From: Selaginella moellendorffii
Lineage: Eukaryota; Plantae; Lycopodiophyta
DNA: 64,000 bases
Direction: 5' to 3'
NCBI RefSeq assembly: GCF_000143415.4
Contig: NW_003314276.1
Span: 1,402,696 to 1,466,695, forward strand
Below, piece by piece: positions 14,150 through 27,717 of this stretch (its first letter is position 1; every line of letters begins with the position of its first letter). Both the position numbers and the translations under genes were made by a program. The notes beneath the pieces were generated by a model. The model was not told where the DNA came from and ran no database searches. It worked only from the letters and a program-made list of their open reading frames with translations.

Positions 14150-15620
14150 TGTAACATATATGATCATGGAATGAGATTTAGATATACTGTCACCATGGAT
14201 CCTTGGAACCTTGGGGGTTAAATAAGGATAAAATAGCCATTAAAGGTTTTCTTATCAAGTAATTGCCCCAAATGACATAAATGACACAAAAAATGGAGCA
14301 AATGACAGAAGTTTGATTCCCATTGATTAGTGGCTATTTAAAAATATAATATACCCTTAAAAAAAGTATATTCCTACCCCTAAATTTGAAATCGCACATA
14401 TTACACAATGGAAAGATTGGTAGATTCAGTGCGAAAATAGAGGTGTTAGTTCCCCTTGGGTGGATGACTAGTTAGTCTATACAATGGAAAGATTGGTAAA
14501 TTTAGTGTGAAAATGGAACATAATTGATATTGATTAGTGCGAAAATGAAGGTGCTAGTTCCCCTTGGGTGGATGATTAATTGGTCCTACACAATGGAAAG
14601 ATTGGTAGATTTAGTGTGAAAATGGAAGACAATTAACATTGACACCTTTGAAATGGGCCAATATTGGTAGATTTAGTATGAAAATGGAAGACAATTAACA
14701 TTGATCAGTGCAAAAAATGGAGGTGAAAGATTGGTAGATTTAGTGTGAAAATGGAAGACAATTGACATTGACACCTTTGAAAGGGGCCAATATTGGTAGA
14801 TTTAGTATGAAAATGAAAGATAATTAAAATTGATCAATGCGAAAATGGAGGTGTTAGTTCCCCTTGGGTGGATGACTAGCTGGTCTAAACAATGGAAAAA
14901 TTGGTAGATTTAGTGTGAAAATGGAAGACAATTGACATTGACACCTTTGAAAGGGGTCAATAGTCAATAGTCAATAGTTAATAGTCAATGAGGATATTGA
15001 GATTTCTAAAGCCTAGTCTATACAATGGAAAGATTGGTAAATTCAATGCGAAAATGGAGGTTCATTGACATTGACATGGAATAGTTGGTCTGCACAATGG
15101 AAGGATTGGTAAATTTAGTGCGAAAATGGAAGTTCATTGATATTGACATGGAATAGCTAATCTACACAATAGAAAGATTGATAAATTCAGTGCTAAAATA
15201 AAGGTTCATTGACATTAACACCTCTACCAATGCGAAAATGGAAATTCATTGACATTGACATGGAATAGATGGTCTACACAATGGAAGGATTGGTAGATTC
15301 AGTGCGAAAATGAAAATTCATTGACATTAACACCTTTGAAAGGGTGGATGACTAATTGTTTCATATGGAATAGCTAATCTATACAATAGAAGGATTAGTA
15401 GATTTAGTGTGAAAATAGAGGTGTTGGTTCCCTTTGACTTAGTAAGAGTTGTTAATCAATAGTCAATGAAGACATTAACATCTCTAAAGGAGGGGTGAGT
15501 GTAGCGTATGTGATCATAAAATAAAATTTGGATATACTGTCACCATAGATCTTTGGAATCTAGAGAGATAAATAGGGATAAAATAGCTACTAAGGGTTGC
15601 AATTGCCCCTTTTCCAATTA
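14150..15620 (+). mobile_element. Small non-coding LTR-like element (TRIM-like) with internal ~50-60 bp tandem repeats
   Basis: Direct repeats starting TGTAACATATATGATCAT (14150) and TGTAGCGTATGTGATCAT (15500), the second preceded by purine tract AAAGGAGGGGTGAG. Internal array of CAATGGAAAGATTGGTAGATTTAGTGTGAAAATGGA units at ~14400-15480. Confidence 0.55.
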
Positions 15621-16189
15621 AGTTAAGGGAAGAGAGATAAAGTTGGTGAAGCAATGCAAGCCTAAATTAAAAATTGATCCATTGAGTTAAAGGAAGAAAG
15701 ATAAAGTTGGTGAAGCAATGCAAGCCCAAACTAGAAATTGATCCATTGTGGCAGTCCTATCTATTCCACAATGCTGATTGATGGCTATACTTTAAACTAT
15801 GTTGTTTTAATCCAATAGCTAGAAAAATATATGTATATATATCAAAATAGTATTATAAATAATTTAAAACTCTAGTTTGAATTTGATGTACTTGCTATGT
15901 CATCCAATATCATTGACAAGTGAGTAACCACACACTAACCACCACCAACCAATGAGTAACAGTGTAACACTCCAAGTTCCAAGTAGTTTCCTAGGGATAA
16001 ATTCTTACTTGTATAACACTCCATCTGCTTGGCCATTATCTATTCATTGATGACCAAGTGATGAAACATTAGAGTAACAGTTGAGAAATGAGCTAAGCTG
16101 TGAGAGAGTCACAGTCTTCTTTGGATGCAATCCTTCACCAGATAGATGGAAGTATTCTACGAGTTTTTCTTTAGTGCTAAGTCCAGCAA

Positions 16190-17965
16190 ATGGAAGGGAG
16201 TTGGATCTTGAGCACTTGCATCGTCCTCTTCACTGCAGCGCTATGGCGATTCGTGACGGTCTACTGGTGGCGCCCCAGGGTGATCGCGGCGCAGCTGAAG
16301 AAGGAGGGCATTCAGGGGCCTCCACCCCGATTCATGGTAGGCCAAATTGCTGAAATCCAGAACATGAGGAGCGCCATTAAAGATCATGACATGGGAAGTT
16401 TCAGCCACGACATTTTCCATCGGGTACATCCTTCATTGCTCAAATGGCGGAAGCAATATGGTATGTTCTTGTCATCCCTGATGAATCTCAAAGCTTCGTT
16501 TCTGATGATCATGGTCCAGGGAAGAGATTTGTGTTCTGGTGGGGAACTGAGCCAAGGATATCGGTCTCCGAGCCTGAGATCGTACGGGAGGTTTTGTCTA
16601 AGAAGTTTTCTCAGTTTGATAAATCAGAGGCTGGGCTACGGTTGGCAAACTTGTTCCTTGGTCGTGGATTAGTTTCTGTTACTGGAGAGGAATGGAGTCA
16701 TCACAGGCGACTCGTAGCACCGGCATTTTTTCATGAACGTATTAAAGTGGGTACTCATACTATTATCTTCTTCTCATGACTTCTCATGAAATCTGGCTGA
16801 TAAGTGTTTCTGATTCTCCTGTACACAGCAAATGACCGGTACAATCACAGGGTGCGCATCTCGCATGCTTGATCAATGGGAAGCTACGAGGCAGCAGAAT
16901 CCTGAGATTGAAATCTCTGGAGAGGTGCGTAAGCTCACAGGAGACGTTATCTCCCATACAGCATTTGGAACTAGCTATCTCGAAGGGCAGAGAGTTTTCG
17001 AGATATTATCTAAGAAATTCCCAGAGCTAATGCCCAAACTCGTCAGCTTTTCCTGGATTCCAGGCTTCAGGTAGGCTGGATCATCTATTGAACTGAATCA
17101 TAATCACTTGCTTACAGGTTTCTCCCACTTCCAATCAACCTCCGACTGTGGAAGCTTCATCAGGAGTTGGATTCTCTGATCACTGGGATCATAGACGAGC
17201 GTCGGAACTCAGTGAAGTCAGGGGGGAGCAATACATACGGGAATGACTTACTCGGATTGATGCTAAAGGAGTGTGACAGCAACACTAATTTCACAAGCAG
17301 GGATCTGATAGAGGAATGCAAGACATTCTACATTGCGGGGCATGCGACCACAGCCACCTTACTAACCTGGACTTTGATGCTACTGGGAGGCTATCCTGAA
17401 TGGCAAGAACGCGCCCGTGCTGAGGTACACGAAGTATGTGGCAATGAGATTCCTGATGGCGAGAGTGTCAGCAGGCTCAAGCTCGTAAGTCGATCAATAT
17501 CTCCTAATTCCAAAACTTAATATCTTGATTCTTGAACAGGTGGGAATGATCCTTTACGAAACTCTGCGGCTGTATCCACCAGTAGTCGAGATGACCAGGG
17601 AGTGTGTGGAGGAGTCTTGGCTGCAAGATTTACACGTTCCAAGAGGAGTATCTGTGTCGTTTCCAATCGCTGGATTGCATCAGGATAAGGAGCTCTGGGG
17701 AGAAGATGCAGGCCAATTCAATCCGGATCGCTTCAAAGATGGGATCTCAAGCGCGTGCAAGCATCCCAATGCTTTCATGCCGTTTTCGTTTGGGCCGCGG
17801 GTGTGCGTGGGCCAGTCGTTTGCGATGATCGAAGCCAAAGTCATTCTGGCTATGATACTACAGAGATTCTTGTTCCGGCTTTCACCGAACTACCGCCATA
17901 ATCCTGCGATGAAGCATGGCTTGAAGCCTATCCATGGAGTGCCGCTTGTACTCAGTAAAATGTGA
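16190..17965 (+). CDS. Cytochrome P450, CYP72 clan, 5 exons (16190-16460, 16520-16746, 16829-17070, 17118-17484, 17540-17965), 510 aa, intact
   Basis: N-terminal TM helix, GIQGPP hinge, WxxHR, I-helix AGHATT, ETLR, PDRF and heme motif FSFGPRVCVG. Four GT-AG introns (59, 82, 47, 55 nt) restore one frame, with the exon layout typical of the CYP72 clan. Confidence 0.95.
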
Positions 17966-18249
17966 TGCATGTTCGTGGCATTAAAAGTTTATAAAAGTTA
18001 TGTTTGTTGAACTACCCCGAGTTCTTGAACCAAACTGGTTGATAAATCATCTGCTCTTTCATAGTACCTCAGAAACGTTTAAGACCATCGCGATGATTTC
18101 TGCATCTCTTCATCCACCACCGAGTGAACTCGCGGGCTTCTTGAACGATCCAGAGCGAGACGCGGTTTGGTGTCAAGGGGCGAGGCGATCAAGCGCGAGA
18201 TCAACCCATCTAGAACCCGTCCTCCTGGGTCATTCATATAGGTCATTCA

Positions 18250-18500
18250 TATGAAGCATCACAGGATACCGCTGAATGATATGGAGAGAGCTTCAAGGAT
18301 GAAGATGAACCAATTCCACAAAACGTGTGAGGCCATGAAACAATGTCCAACTCGAGCGGGATGAATCACTGTTGATAGGGTCATAGATGAAAGGTTTGCT
18401 TACAACGATTTTTCTTGCATGTTCACACTAAATTATTGGTGTCAGGGAAACTGAACACACCAAGGAGTATCTTGTCAAGTGGAAGGAGCTTGGGTATGGG
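18250..18500 (+). pseudogene. Fragment of a CHD3/PICKLE-like double chromodomain gene
   Basis: KMNQFHK...RAG*ITVDRVIDER, then a short GT-AG intron, then ETEHTKEYLVKWKELGY. Resembles the chromodomain linker and second chromodomain of plant CHD3 remodelers. Contains an in-frame stop. Confidence 0.55.
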
Positions 18501-19299
18501 AATATGTCAAAGCATGTTCTATAATATATAGTGTATTCCAGGGTTTCAAAGTTCCTTTCTTTTGTTCACGACCTCTCTGCATTTTTGGTGCACCACAGGG
18601 TAGAGTGACTTCTTGGCTTGTTCACCCTTTGAATTTGCAAAAAGATTGAGAGGAATGGAAGTGAAAAGTTGAGGTTTTGAGTGATTTGATGTATGGACTT
18701 TGGAGCAAGAATTATTGCAGGATATGATTCTTGTTGTAGAGGAGGCGCCACATTATGATAATCCAAAATGGCTAGATTTGCATAGGGATTTGAGGATTTT
18801 GATGTCATGTTCTTTCCTTTGTTTCTTGTTGGATCTGTGTTGGATTTGTAAATGGGGTATATGGCTTGGTTTTAAACTGTCTAAAAAGTGTTTTCTTGAT
18901 TAATTTGGTGATAGAATGAGCTGCATGCAATGATTGTTTTGTCATCAAGATATCTTGAAGTGATTTGAGAGTTCCAGTGTTTGGTGCAGTGATTTGAGCT
19001 AATTCACACACTTGATTTCATCATGGCTAAGCTCAATGCATACAAGATGCAATTGTAAGAGTCCATATCATAGCTGCTTCAAACAATAAGTGTGAGAGCA
19101 TGAACATATAGTGCAATGGAGCTTGGGTGTTAAAGGTGTATGTGAATTGTATGCATCTATTTTGGCTCACAAAGTTTGTGGGAAGTGCCTGAAGAAGCTG
19201 GACAAAGTTATGTAATATGCTATCACCCAAAAACACAGATTGCTTTAGCAAAGAACAGCGGTGTATGAGGAGGACTGTCACACAATGTATTGGTAGAGA

Positions 19300-22200
19300 T
19301 CTACTCCTTCCTCTACTTAGATGCTCTTTGATGGCACTTTCAAAGAGAGTCAGTAATAGATGACCAAGAGGTTGATTCGGATAGAAATAAAGACAACTTC
19401 ATTAAGGCAACAACAAGCTGGCCATGGCTGAGGCCAAAGATACTCTAGCCAGGGGCGAGGACCAATTGATGTTGCTTAAGAGTAGGGCTATAACCAAGTT
19501 CCACCACCATGAGGTTACTTAGACAATGCAAATGCCATTGACCCCAATATGAGTTTTGTCAGCTTTATAGTCATAATAAGGAATGAAAGCAAGAATATAT
19601 GGCATAGGGAAACCATGCTTATTTCCACACCTACTCCTTGCCCTCCACAGTAGCAAGTTTTTCAACACAACCCTCTACAGGAGAATGTACAGTTGGTCCA
19701 AAAACAAGCCAGATCAGAAAGGAAAAGCTCTGGCAGATTTAGTGAATCTCATTCACTTCTCAAGACCACATGACTTCATGGGTGTCAACGAGAATGAGGA
19801 GTGGATTGCTGGCTCACATCCGTGATAGGGCAGTTCAAGAGTGATAATATTGGTTATCAGCTCTTGCAACAACATGGTTGGCAGGGAGGCACAGGACTTG
19901 GATCTTCTAGATAGGGATGCTTGTATCAGATTGAGCCAGTCATCATAGTGAATAGATAGGGTGTGGGAACAGAGATCATCTTAGGTGTCCTCAACTCATA
20001 GGTGCAGTATGTTGAAATGTAAACAGAGTCTCCAGACACACCAGATTCCCCCTACAACTTGGAAATATTTGCTATCACCACGCAAAGGTAGGAGGCACAC
20101 TATCCATTGGTGCCACTTTTAGTAGACAATGCTTTGCCTTCATGTCAATCGGTCTCAATGAAGAAGGCTGTTTACTACAAATTGTAACTCTAGCTCAGCA
20201 ACCAGTAGTTGTTGAGTTGGAAGCTGAAAAGCTAGTAGTCACCCAAGATGACGAGAATGTTTTCAAGGATAAGCTGCTTACTGCGCTCTCTTGCCTTCTT
20301 GTGCAGCAATAGCTGTACTTGTTTCTTGGACTTAAAGATAGTGACACCAAATCTCAACATGCTTCAACTCCTCAAGCTCACTCTACATGTCTTGGATGAG
20401 TTCTCAGGCATTGTTCAGGCACCACCTGAAACGACTGAACATACATGTTATGGATAAGACACAGTCACCCTTCTTTTGTGATGCTCAGTTGTTCTGGCAT
20501 ATGATTATCGATTTGGGCTCTAGCGTAAACATTGTTCCAGCACATGTTCACCTTCCAGCTGTGACAAAGACTCAGATCATTCTGAATACTTTTTCACAAC
20601 ATCATGTTCGACCAGCAGGGTTGATGAAGAAGATCATAGTTACAGTAGATGGTCTTTAAGCCATACTTGACTTCTTGAGGTTTCTGGAGGTTGAGATGCT
20701 GCTACTGCATTTCTTGGTGGTGAGTGGTTGAATATAGTTCATGGACACACCTCCTGGGATATTGGATCTCAGATGGCAAGCATTGGGGCAAGATTTATAA
20801 TGCGTCATCTTTTGGCTCATAATGAGAACACTGTTTCAAAATCCACTCCTTCTCTTGCAGCGACTTGTATTCTTCAAGATGAAGATCAGATGCTACTTGA
20901 ATGGCTTCATTCAATAGGTGATTGCATGAACTCCCAAGCAGTGGTATATAATCATGCTCTTGCAACTGAGGCTCTTCCACTTTTAGGCTGGATTGAGTTG
21001 GATATAAGTGATATTCCCTTGATGGGACAGCCTCTCTTAGCTATATCTTGACCCAGTTTGGAAACTTTGAACCTGCTTGGATGCAGGCTTGCTTCATTCC
21101 CAGTGACTTTCTTTATAAGGATTTGATTAAAGCCTTCATTAGCATTTTTACAAATTGCATGGCTTTATTGAGTATAAGTTTTTCAGCCTGACCCAGGTGA
21201 TGATCCACCACCAACAGGCTTCCCACCACAGCAATGCTTTCTCTTTACAGACAGATCATTCAAGCAAGCTATGCAAGGGTATAGGTTTTCTTCAGCAGGA
21301 AAGTTGATACATGCTGGTTCAGCTTTGGTGGTGGCTCATTCATCTAATAAAGTTGAGTATCAAGCATTGCTTGTTGCTGTCACTGAGGCTGTGGCATAGG
21401 ATATCATACGAATTATGATTTATAGCCTTTCAGATCAAACGTTCTCATTTTCACTATGTGAGGAGTTACAGGAGCTCCTTTCTCAATTCACTTCCTAGCA
21501 AATTTGCAGCATTTCACAAGAATTCAATAAGGTTGTAGATGCATTGGCAAAGCAAGGTTTATGGACTTTCCTCTTTGATACCTTGGTAAATGAAACTTTG
21601 CTAGTTCTAGTGGATCAAGAAAGCTTGGTTTTTATCATTGAGATCAATGTATGGCATTTATGGTGGACATGGCTTTGATTGAAATGTGACTTGGGCATCA
21701 TCTAGCCAGTTTTTATTGATGACTAAGCCATATAAAAAGAGATAGTTTTACTAAAAGCACTCTTCACTAAGTTCTAGGATGTTTTTGTGTGGCATTATAT
21801 AGATTTGCATAGCATCTCTCCAAACGTTGTTATCCATTGCATTCTTCTCAAAGATGCTATTAAGTTGGTCCAACAAGCACAATGATGGCTTCATCCTTCT
21901 CTTGAGCCGCTAGTCAAGAAAGAAGTGATGACATATATATATTATGGAGAGTTCAGAATGGATTAGCTCCATTGTGCCTGTGTGCAAGTCCAACAGTAAC
22001 ATTCATGTTTGCGTCAAATTCCAAGATCTAAACTGAGCCACATTGTGAGACTACTTTTATACTCCATTCATGAATGATATTCTTGATGGGGTGGCCTGCA
22101 AGGAAGTTTACTTGTTTATGGACAGTTATTCTGGATACAATCAGATCCAGATTTATGAACTTGATCAACACAAGACAGCCTTCTACACACCTTAGGGCAT

Positions 22201-23100
22201 CTCTTATGTATTGCATGCTTCCATTTGGCCTAATTAATGCATTTGCCACCTTTCAGCGTGTGATAGTCTTCACATTCCATGACCTTACACTTCACTCACT
22301 ACACATTTACATAGATAGTTTTTGTCATTCCAACACCAAGAATGGACATTTTGATAGCTTAAGGCAAATCTTTCAGTGGTGCTAGCATTATTACATTCAG
22401 CTGAATTCTGTGAAGTGTTAATTCTTTATCTTGCAGAGAAGCTTTTGGGACATCAAGTTTCTAAGGCAAGCACAAAAGTCTTCCTAGATAAAGTAGCTGC
22501 TATTTTTGCATCTCTAGTTGTGAAGCAGTTGTTGGAGGGGTTGAGTTATCACTACATCACCAAAGATGAAGCATCAAAAGTAACCCACACTACTAAAAAA
22601 TTACCATAGCTACCAAATAGGATTTAGAGTGGATAGTGGATGCAAATGCTTCTTTCAATGCCTTGAAGAAAGCTCTATTAATAGCTCTAGTTCTCCAGCC
22701 CCTAGATTTTACCTAAAGATTTCACCTCTTCACTTAGCTCTTGGATACAACATGTTCAATTATTGTCTATCAAGTTGGCAATAAGAATGTGATACATGTT
22801 ATCTATTTTCTAAATAAGGACTTCTCATCTCTCTTGGCTCAATGGATAAAGCTTGATCATTATGTAGCAACTATTATCTATGCTTTTCATCACCTTTGCC
22901 ATTATTTTATGCTGAAGAGGACAATGATTTATATTCTAGTGAATCCCCTAATGTGCTTTCTAGGTAAGCCTATATTACAAGGCCATCATGTTCATTAGAT
23001 TCTCCAGCTATCCAAATTTCATTTCAAGATTAGGTGGAGAAGTCTCGAGTGTTCAATCCCAATGGCCTTGGTTTTCCATTTTTAGATGAGGATAACACTT
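19300..23100 (+). pseudogene. Highly degenerate Ty3/Gypsy Tat-type pol: protease, additional (archaeal-type) RNase H, RT, RNase H
   Basis: IIDLGSS (~20505); LFTDRSFK, SNKVEYQALL and FNKVVDALAK (21240-21555); WISSIVPV, MDSYSGYNQI and MLPFGLINAFATFQR (21950-22260). Confidence 0.7.
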
Positions 23101-24339
23101 ATAACATTGATAATGCCTTAGATATAGTTCACCCCTGATATACTAATATCATCTAGGTTCTCTAAGTTTTTATCTCTCTGTATTTAAGAAATGCTAGATT
23201 CTCTAAAGAACAAGAAAAAAGTATGTCATCTTGGGTGGGATTCTTTTCTAGTGACATTTTGATAGTGATCTTCTCCAATGCATCAATGATATTGAGGTTG
23301 CTAAGATCTTTCATGTATGCCATAGCTGCTTTAGACACTTTTGTTGGGGGGATGAGGCACACTATTTTACTGCTCGCTCAAACACAAGAAATGCTCTAAT
23401 ACTCTCCATAAATGCCCCTTTCTTTGCCCTTTTGGGGCAAGGGTTTTATACAAAGAAGATGAAGAATATTTTGGGAATCAAAATATTTTCTCTCACTCTC
23501 TCACTCTCTAAGTGGCCATGCCCTAACATATGACCACAATGGATCATGTTGACTCTAGACATGCAAGAACCCTTTAAAGAGTGTAGAGTGTACCTTTGCT
23601 GTTGATGCCAAGTGCTTGTAACTACGTGAAATAGTAGAAACTCTGGAAAATAAAGTGGAAAAAGATAGAAAAGGGGTAGGGGTGAAGTTTGAAGACAGGG
23701 AAAAAAATCTTGTGAGAAACCTTGTAATTAAACTAGACCTTGATATAAAAGAAAAAATGTAGAAAAGTGTGAAAAGAGAAGAAAAATAAAAGAAAAAAAG
23801 TGAGTATCCAAAGAACTTAACTATTATCTAGATTTTGGCTCAGAAAAGTGTAATATGCAAATACAACTTTGTGATGATTTCAAGTATGCTCCAAATATTG
23901 GTTGAAATTGAGAAAGAAAGAGAGGTATAAGAGGAGATGCATTGCCCAAGGGTGGTAAGTGTAGAAATGATGAAGGATGGCGTTATATGGTGGAGTGTTG
24001 AGATGGTGGTGGCACTCTGAGAATGTGGCCATCTCTAAAAGTGTTAAGCTTATGGTTTGATGTGTCAGACTAAAGAAAATTACAGTAGAAAGGGATGGTA
24101 TAGTTGCTAGATTGCTGATAAAGAGAGGTGGCCCTAAATGCTGGAGTAGGAGAAATTGGCTTTGGCTTTTGTGGCTCTGCCTAAAGATCCACCTAGGTGC
24201 TCTAAGTGAATGGGTTCACCTGGTTGGAAGAAAGTCACTCTAGAAAAGTTAGCATGTCGTTGGGAAATGGTGGTAATGATATTTTGAAAATAACATATTC
24301 AAATGCTTGTGTTAGTTTTGTTGAGTTCTAATTGTTATT

Positions 24340-26320
24340 TATGGGTAGTGTCTAGATTTACTAATTTGGCATTTTTACAAAATGTAGAGATTATTCTGAA
24401 CACAATGGTGTTTGTTCTGTGTATAAATTCGCAATCTAGCACCATTCCATATTTAGTAAGTTTTGAGTTAATCCTAGAGACTAACTCCTAGTATTAAGGG
24501 TGATTAAGGGTGAAAGGCATTCTTCAAGGGGGGGTGAGGGGGCTATGGGGGGTTTCAAATGTATAGGGATAGTGGGTAGGTTGGGCATGGCTAACTAACT
24601 TAAGACATAGTTTAGCTTCCACTTAGATGCCTATATTTGTTCTATATCTAGCTTTGACTTAAGCCCAAGTTCCACACCATGCTAGCTAGTGGAGTACTTA
24701 TTCCTTACATTAGGCTATTAATATGCTGAAATAGTGCCAAACTTCATTTAGCTCCATTTTGCATGGCATTAGAATGTTGGGACTATTTCAAACTTCTTGG
24801 GCTGTACACTCAAGAGTTGCTCCATGTTTCAGTTCCTTCACTCCTTAGCTCCATGCTTAAGAGTTTGGCACCGTTTCTTCATTCAGTGGCCCAAGGCTAT
24901 GAAACTCAAGTTTTACTTTGTTGTTCTTAGACATGGGGTATATGACATATGGTATATAGAGGGTTTAAGTTCTAATTTATAGTTATCCTATAGTAAATCA
25001 CTAAAGAAAACCACATACACTATAGTCTTTATATCTATTAGATTGTAGCACATGTGATTTTCACTCTTGACCCTATGATGGTTTACCATAAGATAACTAT
25101 AGAACAGAACCTTAACCCTCCACACACATGCCATGTATCCATGAGGGAACTTGAGTTTTAGGGCTTGGGCCACTAAATGAAGGGATGGAGCCAAATTCCC
25201 AAGTATAGAGCCAAAGAGAAAAGGAAGCAAAGCACAAAATGACCCCTAAGCATACAGCCCAAAGAGGGAAGAGCCACGAATATGGAGTGACTTGGAAAAT
25301 TTTTAGAGTATCTAGCATCCCAATGCTAAAACTAGTATGCAAAGATAAATAAAATTTAGAGCTATTTCAGCATATTGGTAGTCTAATATAAGGATATATG
25401 TACTTCACTAGTTAGCATGGTATAAAGTTTGGGCCCAGACCCAAGCTAGACACAAAATAAAGGTAGGCATGAAAGTAAGATTTAAATTATGCTTTAGATT
25501 GGTTGGCCATGCCCAACGTAACCACTATCCCTACTATACATTTAAAACCCCCCACAACACCCAACAACATAAACAAGTCTTTGTCCTTAGCCAAAGTATC
25601 CTTAGCCTTGGCCATGGCTAGCATGTTGTTGCCTCAATGAAGCTGTTTCTATGTCTATTTGATTATAGTGCATATGGTTTTCACCTTTACCCTATGGTGG
25701 TTTATCATAGGATAACCACAAAGTGGAACCTTAACCCTCCACATGCCATATGCCATATGTCCATAGGCAGTAGAGCTGAATCCGAGTTTCAAGGCTTGGG
25801 CCACTGAATGAAGGGATAGAGCCAAACTCCCAAGCATAGAGCTAAGGAGCAAAAGAAGTAAAGCACAAAATGACTCATAAGCATATAGCCTAAGGAGCAA
25901 AAGGACAAGGATATGAAACAACTCAAAACAGTCCTAGACTATCCAACATTTCAATGCCAAGACTAACATCTAAAATGGATCCAAATAGAGTCTAGTGCCA
26001 TTTTAGTATATCAGTAGCTTAACACAAGGATATAGGTATTCCATCAGCTAGCATGGTATGGAACTTGGGCTTACATTCAAGCCAAACGTAGAACAAGGAC
26101 ATGTATGCAAATAAGAGTTAAACTATACCATAGGTTGGTCTGTTATGCCTGACCTACCCACTATCTTTACTATACATTTGAAACCCCCTTCCACAACCTT
26201 AAATGTATACACCCTAGTCCCATGAGTTACTTTCTAGGACAATCATGAAAAACTTACTAAATATAGAATGATGTTAGATTGTGAATTTGGATTCAAGAAC
26301 AACACCATCATGTTTAGGAG
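24340..26320. repeat. Cluster of degenerate family-B-like LTR fragments in both orientations
   Basis: 24340-25040 matches LTR 28983-30475 on +. 25050-25560 and 25660-26320 match it on -. Confidence 0.65.
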
Positions 26321-26704
26321 GGAACTAATTCCCAAGTGTTCAAAGCTAAAGACTTTCACACTTATGTATGAAACCATGTTACGTTGGTCGGGTGACTTGC
26401 TAAGTGAGATTAGTAAGTCAGTGGAACAAAGACCCTAGTTGAAGGTGTTGACTTAAAAAAGGGTGGCATATGGGGCCAAGTATGGAGGGGTCCATACATG
26501 ATCACAAACTTATCAAGTGAGAGGACTTGGTAGCTTAGAGGAATTAAGTTCCTAAGCTGTGATCCATAACATGCTTTGGGTATAAGTTGGTGCACCAGCA
26601 TGGGGAATCATGCTAAGCATCCAAAGTGATGCCATTCGTAAATGCATGTTCAAGTCCCAACCCTTTAGTGCTTGGGTTTGAATCCCAACTCACTAGGGCA
26701 TGGT

Positions 26705-27717
26705 TGTAGTGTATGTGGTTTTTACCCTTTATCCTATGGTGATTTACTATAGGATAACACTATGAAGTGGCACCTAAACCATTTATGTGCCACGTGTCAT
26801 ATATCACATGTCACATGCCACGTGTCTATAGGACAATGGTGTGGAACCTGAGGTTCAGGGCCTTGGGCCACTGAACAAAGGAACAGTGCCAAACTCCCAA
26901 GCATGGAGCCAAGGAGTGACGGAATTGGATCACGGAGCAACTCTTGAGCATACAACATAAGGAGCGAAGGGACAAGAGCCAGAAGCGACTTGGAACAGTC
27001 CTAGAGCAACCAGCATCCCAATGCCAAGACTAACATGCAAAACAGAGCCAAATGGAATCCAGTGCTATTTTGGCATATTGGTGGCCTAACATAAGGATAT
27101 GGGTACTTCATCAGCTAGCATGGAATGGAATTTACTATACATTTGGAACCCCCCACAACCTTTCACACCAAGCCTCCTTTAGTATCAGGAGTTAGTCTCT
27201 GGGACAAGCTCAAAACTTACTAAAAATGGAATGTCCCTAGATTGTGAATTTGGACATGAGACAAATATCATTGTGTTTAGGACAATCTCTACATTCCGTA
27301 GATATGCCAAATGAACAAATCTAGACACTTTCCATAAATAGCATTTGGGACTGAAATGAGACTAACACAAAGGGCATGATAGCGAAGGTGTTTGGCAGAC
27401 ACGGTAAGCTATCATCCAGCAATATTGAGGAACTAATCTCAATATACAAGGGTTCTTGTCATTAGGCAGTGCAAGACATAACAAGACAAGAACTCCTTAC
27501 TAGGCTAAGTATGCTTAGCTAATAGCACATAAGAATTCCGTTTTTATGATCATCCGGTCTAAGTACACTCAAAATGCCCAGTTAACTCCACTAACACAAG
27601 AGGGACTAATGAAGGGTCCAGCAATACCGACCTCCTACCGTTGTGGCAGTAAGGAAAAAGTGTCTGTAAAGATTGGCTGACATGTAACTTTCGATACTTG
27701 AAGTCACATTTGTAACA
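26705..27717 (-). mobile_element. Solo LTR, family B-like
   Basis: Reverse complement of TGTTACAAATGTGACTTC...CACTACA. Flanks ATGGT/GTGGT. Confidence 0.8.
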
